From Hemiscyllium ocellatum (taxonomy: Eukaryota): DNA of 64,000 nt. The notes under the pieces were generated by a model, which saw only the letters and a program-made list of their open reading frames with translations, made no database searches and was not told the DNA's origin. Every line of letters starts with the position of its first letter. The first letter of the stretch is position 1. Shown piece after piece: positions 50,081-61,712 of this stretch. The translations under genes and the position numbers were made by a program. The DNA is taken from contig NC_083445.1 in NCBI RefSeq assembly GCF_020745735.1, positions 12,834,001-12,898,000 on the forward strand, given 5' to 3'.

Positions 50081-51494
50081 TGTGTTGGGTTTTGAAGCCA
50101 TTCATTTCATGCAGACTTTGGTGATAAAATTGGATGTGTTCAGAATAATCTCAAACTTCAACAGCTGAGCATCCATCACTATTCCGGGTGGAGAATCATA
50201 AAGATATTTAACTCTCGGAGGTAAATGTATCCTTAGCACTGTCCAAAATAACCAATATCTCATCCTGGACTATATCCCCCAGTCCTAGATTTTCTTGTCA
50301 GCAAAAGCTGCCTATCTTGTCAAGCCGGTCTGGAATTTTGGAAGTTTCAGTGGGGATCATTTCTTGTTCTTCTATGCTTCAGGAGTTTGGGCCCATTCTG
50401 CTCAATCTCTGTCTCATCCCATGAATCAATCCAGCGAACCCTCTCAAAAGTAAGCAATAAATTCAGAGGTTTTCTTTTTCTTTCCAAAACATGCTTCACT
50501 CATGAAATTTGTAACAAAGAGACTGGGCAGAATCTGAACAATGTGGGCTATGGTGTCATTTGTGGCACTATCAGGCTAGACCTCTGGCAACACCTATTTC
50601 GACATCTGGAGCATCTCGCTGCTTCTTTTATGTTTTGTCAAATGGCAAGGCAAGTATCTCACTTGTTAGCATTAAGTTGACAATGAATTATAGAGCAGGA
50701 TGGCAGCCTTAAGGTATAATGTCAGGTTTCAGGGGGCAGGAGAAGTGGTGGCTCTCCACATCCCAAGCTCAGGAGGAAATGGGCTTTTCAGGTAGGATGA
50801 GGTGGAAGGGACATGGAGGCTCTGCAGAGGTAGCTGATTGCCAGGCAGAGCTGATGGTGCCCATCATGAGCTGTGTTCCCTGCCTTCACTTGTCATCTCT
50901 CAATACTAAATGTGACCCAAGAGTAGGAGGGACAGTGCCCAGTGTAGGCAGAATCAGTGCCACTTTGATGGGCGAAAGTGCAGGATCCATGTTAGAAGGA
51001 TGATAGGTTATTGAAGGGGCAAATTCACAAAGTAGCCATTTGCAAACCCCATGCAGAGTAAAGGTGTTAAAGGTTGATTGTAGGTGATTTACATTCAGTA
51101 ATTGGTAGTCATAACCGATCCAATCTCTCCAGGTTCCAGGGATCAGAATGGTACACCTTCACTGCACTTCCTCCATAGAACTTCCTTCCTCAGATAAGGC
51201 GACCAAAACAGTACACAATGCTCCAGGTGTGCTCTCACCAAGTACAGTAACAGAAAGACATCCTACTCCTGTACTGGAACCCTCTTGCTCTGAAGGCCAA
51301 CATACTATTTACCTTCTTCCCCACCTGCTGCACCTGCAATGCTTACTTTCAGCAACTGATGTACAAGGACAGCCAGCACTAATTACACCGCCCCCTTTTC
51401 CCAATCTATCACCATTCACATAATAATCTGCCTTCCTGTTTTAGTGACCAATGTGCATTACCTTACACCGCATCTGCCACATACTTGACATTTG

Positions 51495-51872
51495 AGACTC
51501 AGGGCTGACTGCATAGAAGTTGATAAAATCATGAGAGACATGGATAGGGTGAATAGCCAAGGTCTTTTTCCCAGGGATAGGGAAGTTCTTAACTAGAGGG
51601 CATAGATTTAAGGTGAGAGGGGAAAGATTTTAAAAAGTTCCTGTAGTGTAACCTTTTCATGTAGAGGGTGGTGCATGAATGGAATGAGAGGAAGTGCTGG
51701 AGGCTGGAATGATTACAATATTTAAAAGGCGTCTGAATGGGAACATGAATAGGAATGGTTTAGAGGGATATGGACTAAATGCTGGTAATTGGCACTAAAT
51801 CAGTGTCAGATATCTGGTCAGCATGGATGAGTTGGGCCAAAGGGTCTGTGTCTGTGTTGAATGACTCTATGA
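51495..51872 (+). mobile_element. CR1 3' fragment
   Basis: Matches the other CR1 3' ends; tgactctatga tail. Confidence 0.8.
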
Positions 51873-52341
51873 ATGGGAGCAGTATTCTGAGATCGAGGAG
51901 GAGGAGGATATTGAGGAGGGGAAAGGTCTCCTTGCTGATGACAGGGCTGAACTGTATGAGTGTGACAAGGTAGATGGGAGTTGATTGACACATGGGTCCA
52001 GTGGGTGAGGGCTGTCAGCAGCAGACCATCTTACACTGAAACCTAGTCCTTCACCATAACACCAGCATTTGGTTTGTATTGTGGGGGTGAACTGCAGCCT
52101 TGACTGATTTTGTTTGTGTTCATTTTCGCAGTTACAAATAAAAGCTCACATTTGGAGTTGTCTGATTGTTTGTCTGTATGTGATGTTCCCCTCAGTAGAC
52201 GACAAAGATACACATCTGCAATGGCCTTGGGGACAAAGTATCTGTGTTGTAGAGAGGATTGATAGGATGTAGTTATGGACAGGTAAAGCATATGAACTGG
52301 TGTTGAACAGTGAGAGAATGGAGTTGTATGTACATCCAGAT

Positions 52342-52905
52342 TCTGGATTAGAGTGGTGCTGGAAAAGCACAGCAGTTCAGGAAGCATCCAAGGAGCAGGA
52401 AAATCGACGTTTCGGGAAAAAGCCCTTCATCAGGAATAGAGGCAGAGTGCCTGAAAGGTGGTGAGATAAATGAGAGGAGGGTGGGGGTGGGGAGAAAGTA
52501 GCATAGAGTACAATGGGGTGGGGATGGAGATGATAGGTCAGAGAGGAGGGTGGGGGAGGGTAGCAAAGAGTACAATGGGTGAATGGGGGTGGGGATGGAG
52601 GTGATAGGTCAGAGAGGAGGGTGGGGGAGGGTAGCAAAGAGTACAATGGGTGAATGGGGGTGGGGATGGAGGTGATAGGTCAGAGAGGAGGGTGGGGGAG
52701 GGTAGCAAAGAGTATAATGGGTGAATGGGGGTGGGAATGGAGGTGATAGGTCAGAGAGGAGGGTGGAGTGGATAGGTGGAAAGGAAGATAGGCAGGTAGG
52801 ACAAGTCATGGGGACAGTGCTGAGCTGGAAGTTTGGAACTGGGGTGAGGTGGGGGAAGGGGAAATGAGGAAACTGGTGAAGTCCACATTGATGCCCTGAG
52901 GTTTA
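52342..52905 (-). mobile_element. PLE 3' fragment with hammerhead motif (52402-52437) and internal 71-bp tandem repeat
   Basis: Reverse complement ATTC-CTGATGA-AGGG..CCC-GAAA-CGTC; unit starts at 52536, 52607, 52678 and 52749. Confidence 0.88.
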
Positions 52906-53723
52906 ACATCCATATGCCTTGTGCAGTGTAGCTTTGAGACTGCTATGCCACATTTGCTGTGTGCTGATTTGTTCTTGGAAAGGCATGTGGTTAAGATTGA
53001 ATCAGGCACTCTGGATGCCATGGGGTGGGGTAGGTGGTGAATGAGACATTTTTAGTAAGAAATAGTGAGAAATCTTAATCAGCCTCTCACTGAGAATCCC
53101 TCCAATAAACTCAACATGACTACTTGCAGTTCACCAAAACCAACAAATTCAGCCCACTGAATCTTACAGAACTTTGGTGGCTAATCAATGTGATCTCACC
53201 AAATCCCTGAATTCTTGCAGCAACATTTGTATATCAAGTCCTCAATAAAGCTAATGTACCATTTTCATTTCCATTTGCTTGCTTAACCTTTTGTTTAGTT
53301 TTCAAAGCGACACTGGCATTGTTGGCAAAACCAACATTTGTTCCCCATTTCCTAATTCTCCGACATGTTAGCTTGCTGTGTTTCATCCACAACTTCCGCT
53401 GGAACACCAACACTTAATGGTTTCTTTCCATTTAAAAAATATTTTGTTTTTCTGCTCTTCCTGTTAAATTGAATAACCTCATATTATAATCCTCATTTTC
53501 CCATTGATTTAACCTCACGGCTCATCTTTTGTATTGTTGCCATGGTTTACTTCCTTCTGTAAAATCAGTAAATCTGGATCCATTAGGCTTGGTGCCTTTG
53601 AATAGATAGTAAAAAGCTGAAGTCCCCTACTCCTTATACCTACTAACCTAAAAATAACTGATTTATTTTTTCTTTCTGTCTCCTGTCTTTTAACCAATCC
53701 TACATTGATCTTAGTTTATTACA

Positions 53724-53938
53724 GTAAAAAGTGAGGTCTGCAGATGCTGGAGATCAGAGCTGACAATGTGTTGCTGGTTAAAGCACAGCAGGTTAGGCAG
53801 CATCCAAGGAACAGGAAATTCGACGTTTCGGGCCAGAGCCCTTCATTCCTGATGAAGGGCTCTGGCCCGAAACGTCGAATTTCCTGTTCCTTGGATGCTG
53901 CCTAACCTGCTGTGCTTTAACCAGCAACACATTTTCAG
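53724..53938. mobile_element. PLE-derived hairpin mini-insertion
   Basis: 89-bp inverted arms (53758-53846 and 53852-53940, one mismatch), 5-nt loop, 34-nt one-sided tail, perfect TSD cttagtttattaca. Confidence 0.92.
53845..53880 (+). ncRNA. Intact minimal type-I hammerhead ribozyme motif
   Basis: ATTC-CTGATGA-A-GGGC(TCTG)GCCC-GAAA-CG-TC-GAAT: full core, paired stems I and II, GUC cleavage triplet. Confidence 0.85.
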
Positions 53939-54018
53939 CTTAGTTTATTACACTCAACCTCAATCTTGGTAATAAACAATTTATTGTGGTTCTGTTCGCC
54001 GAGCTGGAAGTTTTTGTT

Positions 54019-54058
54019 GCAAACGTTTCGTCCCCTGGCTAGGAGACATCATCAGTGC
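54019..54058 (-). ncRNA. Minimal hammerhead ribozyme motif (inverted arm of the same PLE)
   Basis: Reverse complement: GCA-CTGATGA-T-GTCTCCT/AGGGGAC-GAAA-CG-TT-TGC. Confidence 0.75.
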
Positions 54059-56668
54059 TTTGGAGCCTCCTGAGAAGCGCTTCTTTGATGTTTCTTCCGG
54101 TATTTATAGTGGTCTGTCCTTGCCGCTTCCGGTTGTCAGTTTCAGCTGTCCGCTGTAGTGGTTGGTATATTGGGTCCAGGTCGATGTGTTTGTTGATGGA
54201 GTTTGTGGATGAGTGCCATGCCTCTAGGAATTCCCTGGCTGTTCTCTGTCTGGCTTGCCCTATGATAGTGGTGTTGTCCCAGTCGAATTCATGTTGCTTG
54301 TTGTCTGTGTGTGTGGCTACTAGGGATAGCTGGTCGTGTCATTTCGTGGCTAGTTGATGTTCATGTATGCGGATTGTTAGCTGTCTTCCTGTTTGTCCTA
54401 TATAGTGTTTTGTGCAGTCCTTGCACGGTATTTTGTACACTACATTAGTTTTGCTCATGTTGGGTATCGGGTCCTTCGTTCTAGTGAGTTGTTGTCTGAG
54501 CGTGGCTGTTGGTTTGTGTGCCGTTCTGAGTCCTAAGGGACGGAGTAGTCTGGCTGTCAGTTCAGAAACGCTCCTGATGTATGGTAGCGTGGCTAGTCCT
54601 TTGGGTTGTGGTATGTCCTCGTTCGTGGTCTTTCTCTTAGGCATCTGTTGATGAAATTGCGCGGGTATCCGTTTTTGGCGAATACCTTGTATAGGTGTTC
54701 CTCTTCTTCTTTTTGCAGTTCTGGTGTGCTGCAGTGTGTTGTGGCCCTTTTGAATAGTGTCCTGATGCAGCTTCGTTTGTGTGTGTTGGGGTGATTACTT
54801 TCATAGTTTAGGACTTGGTCTGTGTGTGTTATTTTCCTGTGTACCCTTGTGGTGAATTCTCCGTTCGGTGTTCTCTGTACCATCACGTCTAGGAATGGGA
54901 GTTGGCTATCCTTTTCTTCTTCTCTCGTGAATCGGATTCCTGTGAGTGTGGCGTTGAAGATCCGGTGTGTTTTTTCTATTTCCGTGTTTTTAATGATTAC
55001 AAACATGTAATCGACATATCTGACCCAGAGTTTGGGTTGAATTTGTGGTAGGACTGTTTGTCCTAACCTTTGCATAACTGCCTCTGCTATGAGTCCCGAG
55101 ATTGGTGATCCCATGTGTGTTCCGTTGATTTGTTCGTATATCTGGTTGTTGAATGTGAAGTGTGTAGTGAGGCACAAGTCCAGTAGTTTAAGTATGCCGT
55201 CTTTGTTGATAGGTTCCGCGTCCTGTTTTCTGTTCTGTATGTCCAGTAGGTTGGCTATTGTTTCTCTGGCTAGGGTTTTGTCAATCAAAGTGAACAGTGC
55301 TGTCACGTCGAATGAGATCATGGTTTCTTCTTTGTCTATGTGTATATTTCTGATGATGTCCAAGAATTCCTGTGTTGATTGTATGGAGTGTTTGGATCCA
55401 CTGACCAGGTGTTTCAGTTTTTGTTGTTGTTCTTTGGCCAGTTTGTATGATGGTGTTCCTGGTAGTGATATTATGGGTCTGAGTGGGATGTCTGGTTTGT
55501 GTACTTTAGGTAGTCCATAGAATCTGGGGGTGTTGTTGCTTTCCGGTTTCATTCTTTGTAGGTCAGCGTTGGTTATCTGTCCATTTTTTTTGTAGATTCC
55601 TTAGTGTGTTATTTATTCTATTGGTGAGTTGTGGTGTGGGGTCAAATTCCTTCATTTGGTAGCTGTTGGTATCTGCGAGTAGTTGTTGTGCTTTTCGGAT
55701 ATAATCTGATTTATCTAGGATGACCGTCATTCTGCCTTTATCTGCTGGTAGTATGATTATGTTCTTATCGTTTCTTAGTGCTTTCAGTGCTTCCCTCTTC
55801 CTGGTGTTGAGGTTATGTGTTTGTCTTTTCCTTATCATCATAGGTACGACAGTTTGTCTCACTGTTTGTTGTGTCTCTTCTGTCAGTCCATTGTTCCTGA
55901 GTGTGCATTCCAGTGCTGCTAGGAAGTCTGCTGTCTTGGCATCCCTGTGGTTGTAGTTGAACAGGGCACTATTCAAAAGGGCCACAACACACTGCAGCAC
56001 ACCAGAACTGCAAAAAGAAGAAGAGGAACACCTATACAAGGTATTCGCCAAAAACGGATACCCGCGCAACTTCATCAACAGATGCCTAAGAGAAAGACCA
56101 CGGAACGAGGACATACCACAACCCAAAGGACTAGCCACACTACCATACATCAGGAGCGTTTCTGAACTGACAGCCAGACTACTGCGACCCTTAGGACTCA
56201 GAATGGCACACAAACCAACAGCCACGCTCAGACAACAACTCACTAGAACAAAGGACCCGATACCCAACATGAGCAAAACTAATGTAGTGTACAAAATACC
56301 ATGCAAGGACTGCACAAAACACTATATAGGACAAACAGGAAGACAGCTAACAATCCGCATACATGAACATCAACTAGCCACGAAACGACACGACCAGCTA
56401 CCCCTAGTAGCCACACACACAGACAACAAGCAACATGAATTCGACTGGGACAACACCACTATCATAGGGCAAGCCAGACAGAGAACAGCCAGGGAATTCC
56501 TAGAGGCATGGCACTCATCCACAAACTCCATCAACAAACACATCGACCTGGACCCAATATACCAACCACTACAGCGGACAGCTGAAACTGACAACCGGAA
56601 GCGGCAAGGACAGACCACTATAAATACCGGAAGAAACATCAAAGAAGCGCTTCGCAGGAGGCTCCAAA

Positions 56669-56708
56669 GCACTGATGATGTCGCCTAGCCAGGGGACGAA
56701 ACGTTTGC
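56669..56708 (+). ncRNA. Minimal type-I hammerhead ribozyme motif in PLE 3' end
   Basis: GCA-CTGATGA-T-GTCGCCT/AGGGGAC stem II-GAAA-CG-TT-TGC. Confidence 0.75.
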
Positions 56709-57122
56709 AACAAAAACTTCCAGCTCAGCGAACAGAACCACAACAACGAGCACCTGAGCTACAAATCTTCGCACAAACCTTGAATAAACAATTTATTTTA
56801 CAGAAATAGACTTTTGTCGTAAAATTTATAGCCATAATTTACCTAATTGTTCAAATTTAACATTAAATATGCTGCAAACTATATCAGTTTTTCTTTACTT
56901 TTATAATTACACTTAAGTGATTAATTATCAGTTTAAACATACTCTGTTTCCAGTCACTTGATGTATAGCAACTGAAAGGCTATAGGTTGTGGCTTTTTCC
57001 CCACTGAGTCTTTATGGCAGCTACCCCAAACTTTCATACATCATCTTATTCAATACTGGTTGAAATATTATACCCTTCGAGTTACACACTTAAAAAAAAA
57101 CAAGCTCCCTTTCATAAATGCT

Positions 57123-58215
57123 TAGAGTGATAGAGTCATAGAGATGTACAGCATAGAAGCAACCCTTTGGTCCAACCCGTCCTTGCCGACCCGACATTGT
57201 AAATTAATCTTGTCCCATTTGCCAGCACTTGGCCCATATCCATCCATACCCTTCCTATTCATATTACCATCCAGATGCCTTTTAAATGTTGTAATTGTAC
57301 CAACCTCCACCACTTCCTCTGGCATCTCATTCCGTACACACACCACCCTCTGTATGAAAATATTGCCCTTTAGGTCCCTTTTAAATATTTCCCCTCTCAC
57401 CTTAAACCTATGTCCTCTGGTTTTGGACTCCCCTATCATGGGGAAAGACTTTGATGATTCACCCTATCCAAGCCGCTCATGATTTTATAAACCTCTATAA
57501 GGTCACCCCTCAGTTTCCAATACTCCAGAGAAAATAGCTCTCGCCTATTCAGCCTCTCCCTCGAGCACAAACCTTGGCAACTTCCTTGTAAATTTTTTTG
57601 AACTCTTCCAAGTTTAACAAAATCCTTCCTATAGCAAGGAGACTAGACTTGAATACAGTATTCCAAAAGTGGCCTAAATAATGTCCTGTACAGCTGCAAT
57701 ATGAACTCCGAACCTTAACATTAAGATTAGATTCTCTACAATGTGGAAACAGGCCCTTCAGTCCAACAAGTCTACACTGACCCTCCGAAGAGTAACCCAC
57801 CCAGACCCATTTCCCTCTGACTAATGCACCTTCCACTATGGGCAATTTAGCATGGCTGACCTGCACATCTTTGGACTGTAGGAGGAAACCAGAGCACCCA
57901 GAGGAAACCCACACAGACACGGGGAGAATGTGTAAACTCCATACAAACAGTTGCCTGAGGCTGGAATCAAACCTGGGACCCTGATGCTGCAGGGCAGCAG
58001 TGCTAACCACTGAGCCAACATGCCACCCAAGTATATAAGTTCTGTCCTGATTTGACATACCAAAATGTAGCACTCACATTTATATAGATTAAATGCCACC
58101 TGCCACTCCTCGACCCATCGGCTCATCTGATCCTATCCCATCATTGTACTCTGAGGTAACTTACCTCACCATCCAGTACACCACTAATTTTGGTGTAATC
58201 TGCAAACCTAATAAC
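57123..58215 (-). mobile_element. CR1 fragment interrupted by an HE1-like SINE (about 57723-58029)
   Basis: GESKTRGHRFKVRG ORF; SINE with (AATCT)n tail. Confidence 0.88.
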
Positions 58216-60100
58216 GAGACTTGTTTCTGCCCAATGATTTAACAAAAAATAATTGTATATCAAATGTAAATTGTTAGGGCATGTTGTTTTGATTCATTAA
58301 TTCACTAGCATTCATTGCCTCTCCTGAGCTGCTCTTGAGAAGATTGGGGAGCTGCCTCTTTGTACCAGTAGCTGTGGTACGTATAAACTGGGACATTGAT
58401 AACACAGCGGTCATGACAGTCTATGCAACTTTATGAGAACGAGCTACTGTAGTTTCTCACTAAGTCCCTGCTTAAGAATCCATCTGCTGGCTGCCTGCTG
58501 TCACAAGAGGGCAATGTCTGCATGTTTTATGTAGTTCACTGCCCCTTCAGTGACCTGCATGATATGCTGAGTTTACTCTCAAAATGTTTATTTATGTTCT
58601 CTCTTTGGGCTGTGTGTGTTTTTGTTTTGGTTTTCAGCTGCAACGGATCCCAGCACACTTCCACTGTTCAACATATCGTTGGGGCAATGTGGTAGATGCT
58701 GATGAACGACTTTATCGAAACATCTACCCCAGCAACGACTCGAAACTACTCGCTTTTGACACCGCCTAGTTCAATAACTGCTTTGGTGCAGAGTTTATTT
58801 AAATAGAGAGCCTGCGACCCAAACAGATTCCAGTTAGCCTATTTTTTCTGATGTATATCTCTGCATAAATTGGTCAAAGGACCTACTTTCTGCACAAGCT
58901 GTTGTTAAACGACAAATGTCACTCTCAGAGTGAAATTTCCTGCATTTCAATGTCGCCAAAAGCGTAACCACAGCGTGTGTAACTGCGCAAACCAACTTCA
59001 GCTCAACAGCAGTGCGAGAACACATTATCTGGTCATTATCAGATTATTGTTTATTAACATTATTGCTGTTTGTAGGAGCCTGTTCTGTACAAATTAGTTG
59101 CTTCGTTTTCTACCGTACAACAGTAATTAGACTTCAAAAGCGCTCCCTAGTTGCAAAGCGTTTTGGGACATCAATGAATCATAAAAGGCACCATATAAAT
59201 GCATTCAGTTATCCATCGCTGATCAGGGGTTTGTTTGTTGGATAGAGTCAAACTCCGATGTTTGCTTGTTTTCTTAATAATGTTATTGCACAGAATCAAA
59301 CTGCGTTTAGGACATTGTATAAACTTAAAGATTTTTAATTTTTGAAATTAAGAAAAAGAGGTTTAGGTGGTAACCGTTGGACTAAATGTAGAAGCACAGC
59401 CCTCCCAGTTTACATCACTAACTCATAGAAGAACAGATTCAGATGATTTAGAACAGAACATTGGGCCAATTCCGAGAAATACACTTTAGCATTGCAAAAA
59501 AGAAACGAATCAGAGCCAGACGAGATTATCAGACATATATCTTAACAAAATATGATCAAAGGCAGTCTATTTAGAAAAAAAAGCAAGGCTTGTTTAAACA
59601 ATTAAAGGATTGCATGTCCAGTTTATTCTTCAGAACCCTTCACTGAATCCGAGACGTTAACTTTGCTTTCTGTCCCACGATGCAGCCAGAACTGCTGAGT
59701 TTATTCAGCAATTTCTAATTTTTGTTTCCGATTTCCAGCATCCGCAGCCTTTTAGTTTTTTTCATCATCTAAATGCAAATCCTTGAGTGTTTACTAGAGA
59801 ACAGCTGGACTGGAATATATGGGGAGGGGAGGAAGAATGCCAAGTTTTACAATGATAGATCACCACAGTTGCAGACAATGTGTCATCTCTCCCAGATGAC
59901 AATATGTCATCTCTCCCAGATTGTCAGTCCTCGGGGCTGCCGAAGATTGCCGAATCCATGGTCCCGGGGCTGCCGGAGGTTGCCGAGTACTAGGCGGCCG
60001 AACCCAGACTCGAGTCTTCGGCTCTCCCACGATTGCAGAGTCCACGGGATGCCGGAAACTGCCGAACCCGAGTTCGCCAGCCCCGCCGGTGCCGAGAATT

Positions 60101-60632
60101 GCCGAAGTGCGAATAAGGTTGAGTCTGCCGGAGATTGACGAACCCCGAGTCCTCCAGCCCCGCCGGTGCCGAGTGTTGCCGAAGTGCGGAGAAGGTTGAG
60201 TCTGCCGGAGATTGACGAACCCCGAGTCCTCCAGCCCCGCCGGTGCCGAGTATTGGCGGGAACTGCCGAAGTGCGGAGAAGGTTGAGTCTGCCGGAGATC
60301 GACGAACCCCGAGTCCTCCAGCCCCGCCGGTGCCGAGTGTTGGCGGGAACTGCCGAAGTGCGGAGAAGGTTGAGTCTGCCGGAGATCGACGAACCCCGAG
60401 TCCTCCAGCCCCGCCGGTGCCGAGTGTTGCCGAAGTGCGGAGAAGGTTGAGTCTGCCGGAGATCGACGAACCCCGAGTCCTCCAGCCCCGCCGGTGCCGA
60501 GTATTGGCGGGAACTGCCGAAGTGCGGAGAAGGTTGAGTCTGCCGGAGATCGACGAACCCCGAGTCCTCCAGCCCCGCCGGTGCCGAGTATTGGCGGGAA
60601 CTGCCGAAGTGCGGAGAAGGTTGAGTCTGCCG
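60101..60632. repeat. GC-rich tandem repeat, units 77-87-87-77-87-87 bp plus a partial unit
   Basis: Unit start gccgaagtgc recurs at 60101, 60178, 60265, 60352, 60429, 60516 and 60603. Confidence 0.95.
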
Positions 60633-60663
60633 CTCGCGGTCAGAGGTTCCTGTCGGCGAGGCG

Positions 60664-60710
60664 ATGGCCACTTCAACGGAGCGCCGCGCTTTCGCTCAGA
60701 AAATTAACCG
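60664..60710 (+). CDS. DOCK6: First coding exon of a DOCK-C guanine nucleotide exchange factor, most likely DOCK6
   Basis: GCGATGG start; MATSTERRAFAQKIN(R) then CG|gtgagt (phase-2 donor). ERRAFAxKI[NS]R is the DOCK6/7/8 N-terminus. Linkage to CAMSAP3 favours DOCK6. Confidence 0.85.
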
Positions 60711-61560
60711 GTGAGTGAGCACGATGTGTCCCCCAAGGCAACTTTCGTCGGCCGGGAGTAACTTTTAATTGTATTCTGACCGGTTGGAGGGACGGGGTGT
60801 TGTTCCGAGCAGTAAGAGGTGGAGGGGAGGAGGGGCGGGGGAAGGCGCCGTTGCCGGAAAGTCTGAAGTTTGAATTCAGTCAGTGACTGGAAAGCTTGAG
60901 ATTTTACCTCAGGAGCTGAAAACAATGGGAGACAGCGGCGGGCAGAGGGCCAGGCCCGGCCAGGCCCGTCCTGATCTGGGGTGGGAGCTGCGCCCAAGTG
61001 GCACTGGCGCAGGTGTCAAGCCGCCTCTTTTTACCTGAGGCTGCCTGGGTTTGAAGAAGCCAAACATCAGAGGGGGGAAAAAAACATGATTCCAATTGTT
61101 CCTCCAACGAATAAGCTTCTCTCTCTCTCTCATGTGTTTAATCTCTCTGCCTTCCCTAAATTCGGGTCGGTTTTGGGCTCACCCACCGCTAATTATTCCT
61201 TGGCTAGCTCCTTGTTGTACTGGCCATCACTGGGTCCACCAGGTGAAGTTTCTCTTGTGAGCTGGAGTGATAGTTGGGTGGAGTTTTGGTTCTCTTCACC
61301 ACCCCCCCAAAAATGCCTTTCCTCTAACCCAACATTACACGATTTAGGGACAGGAATTTTTCCTTTTTGCCCCCACTTCTCAACACAACAGATTTGTTGG
61401 TTCAAACCCCAGTGCAGAGCCCGAAAAAAATCATCGCTGACATGCCAGGTGCAATATTGAGAAGGTTTTCCACTGTCAGAGAATCGTTCTTCAAGGGATG
61501 CTGAACCTGCCTGGCTGTTAAGGTTGGCTGTAAAATATTACCAAGGCACTAAGAGCAAGG

Positions 61561-61712
61561 GTGGAAGTGGGTACTGCAGATTAGAGTCAAGATTAGAGTG
61601 GTGCTGGAAAAACACAGCAGGTCAGGCAGCATCTGAGGAGCAGGAAAATCAACGTTTCAGGCAAAAAACCTTCATCAGGAATTGTTTTTGTCCGAAACGT
61701 CGATCTTCCTGC
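61561..61712. mobile_element. Older PLE hairpin mini-insertion in DOCK intron 1
   Basis: Minus arm with a decayed CTGATGA...GAAA motif, short plus arm, degenerate TSD. Confidence 0.7.

Larger units (their letters stand above)
53986..56782. mobile_element. Penelope-like retroelement (RT + GIY-YIG) with inverted structure: minus-strand copy to about 55961, then a plus-strand 3' copy
   Basis: RT motifs PRFYGLPKVHK, SFDVTALFT, GxxMGSPIS, RYVD; GIY-YIG VVYKIPCKDC...YIGQTGR; ~780-bp inverted arms; TSD aataaacaatttatt at 53971-53985 and 56783-56797. Confidence 0.95.
50488..58769 (+). pseudogene. Possible second decayed gene: three exon-like segments
   Basis: About 50488-50649, 52132-52282 and 58638-58769 have splice-like boundaries and compatible phases, but the middle segment has five stops and no homology is recognised. 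Confidence 0.25.
59920..61060 (+). promoter_or_regulatory. CpG island / promoter of the DOCK gene
   Basis: High GC and CpG density around exon 1; GGGGCGGGG GC box near 60832. Confidence 0.8.

Noticed and set aside
55563-56315. 250-aa minus-strand ORF as a novel protein
   Set aside because: Chimera across the PLE inversion junction: antisense of the plus arm fused to PLE ORF sequence
59907-60707. Long repetitive ORFs on both strands, or a CRISPR-like array
   Set aside because: By-products of a GC-rich tandem repeat; there are no unique spacers or cas genes and the context is a vertebrate promoter
60908-61044. 8-nt and 10-nt minus-strand microexon-like motifs
   Set aside because: Not multiples of three, antisense within DOCK intron 1 and no host gene evident; only the donors are kept as a speculative lead
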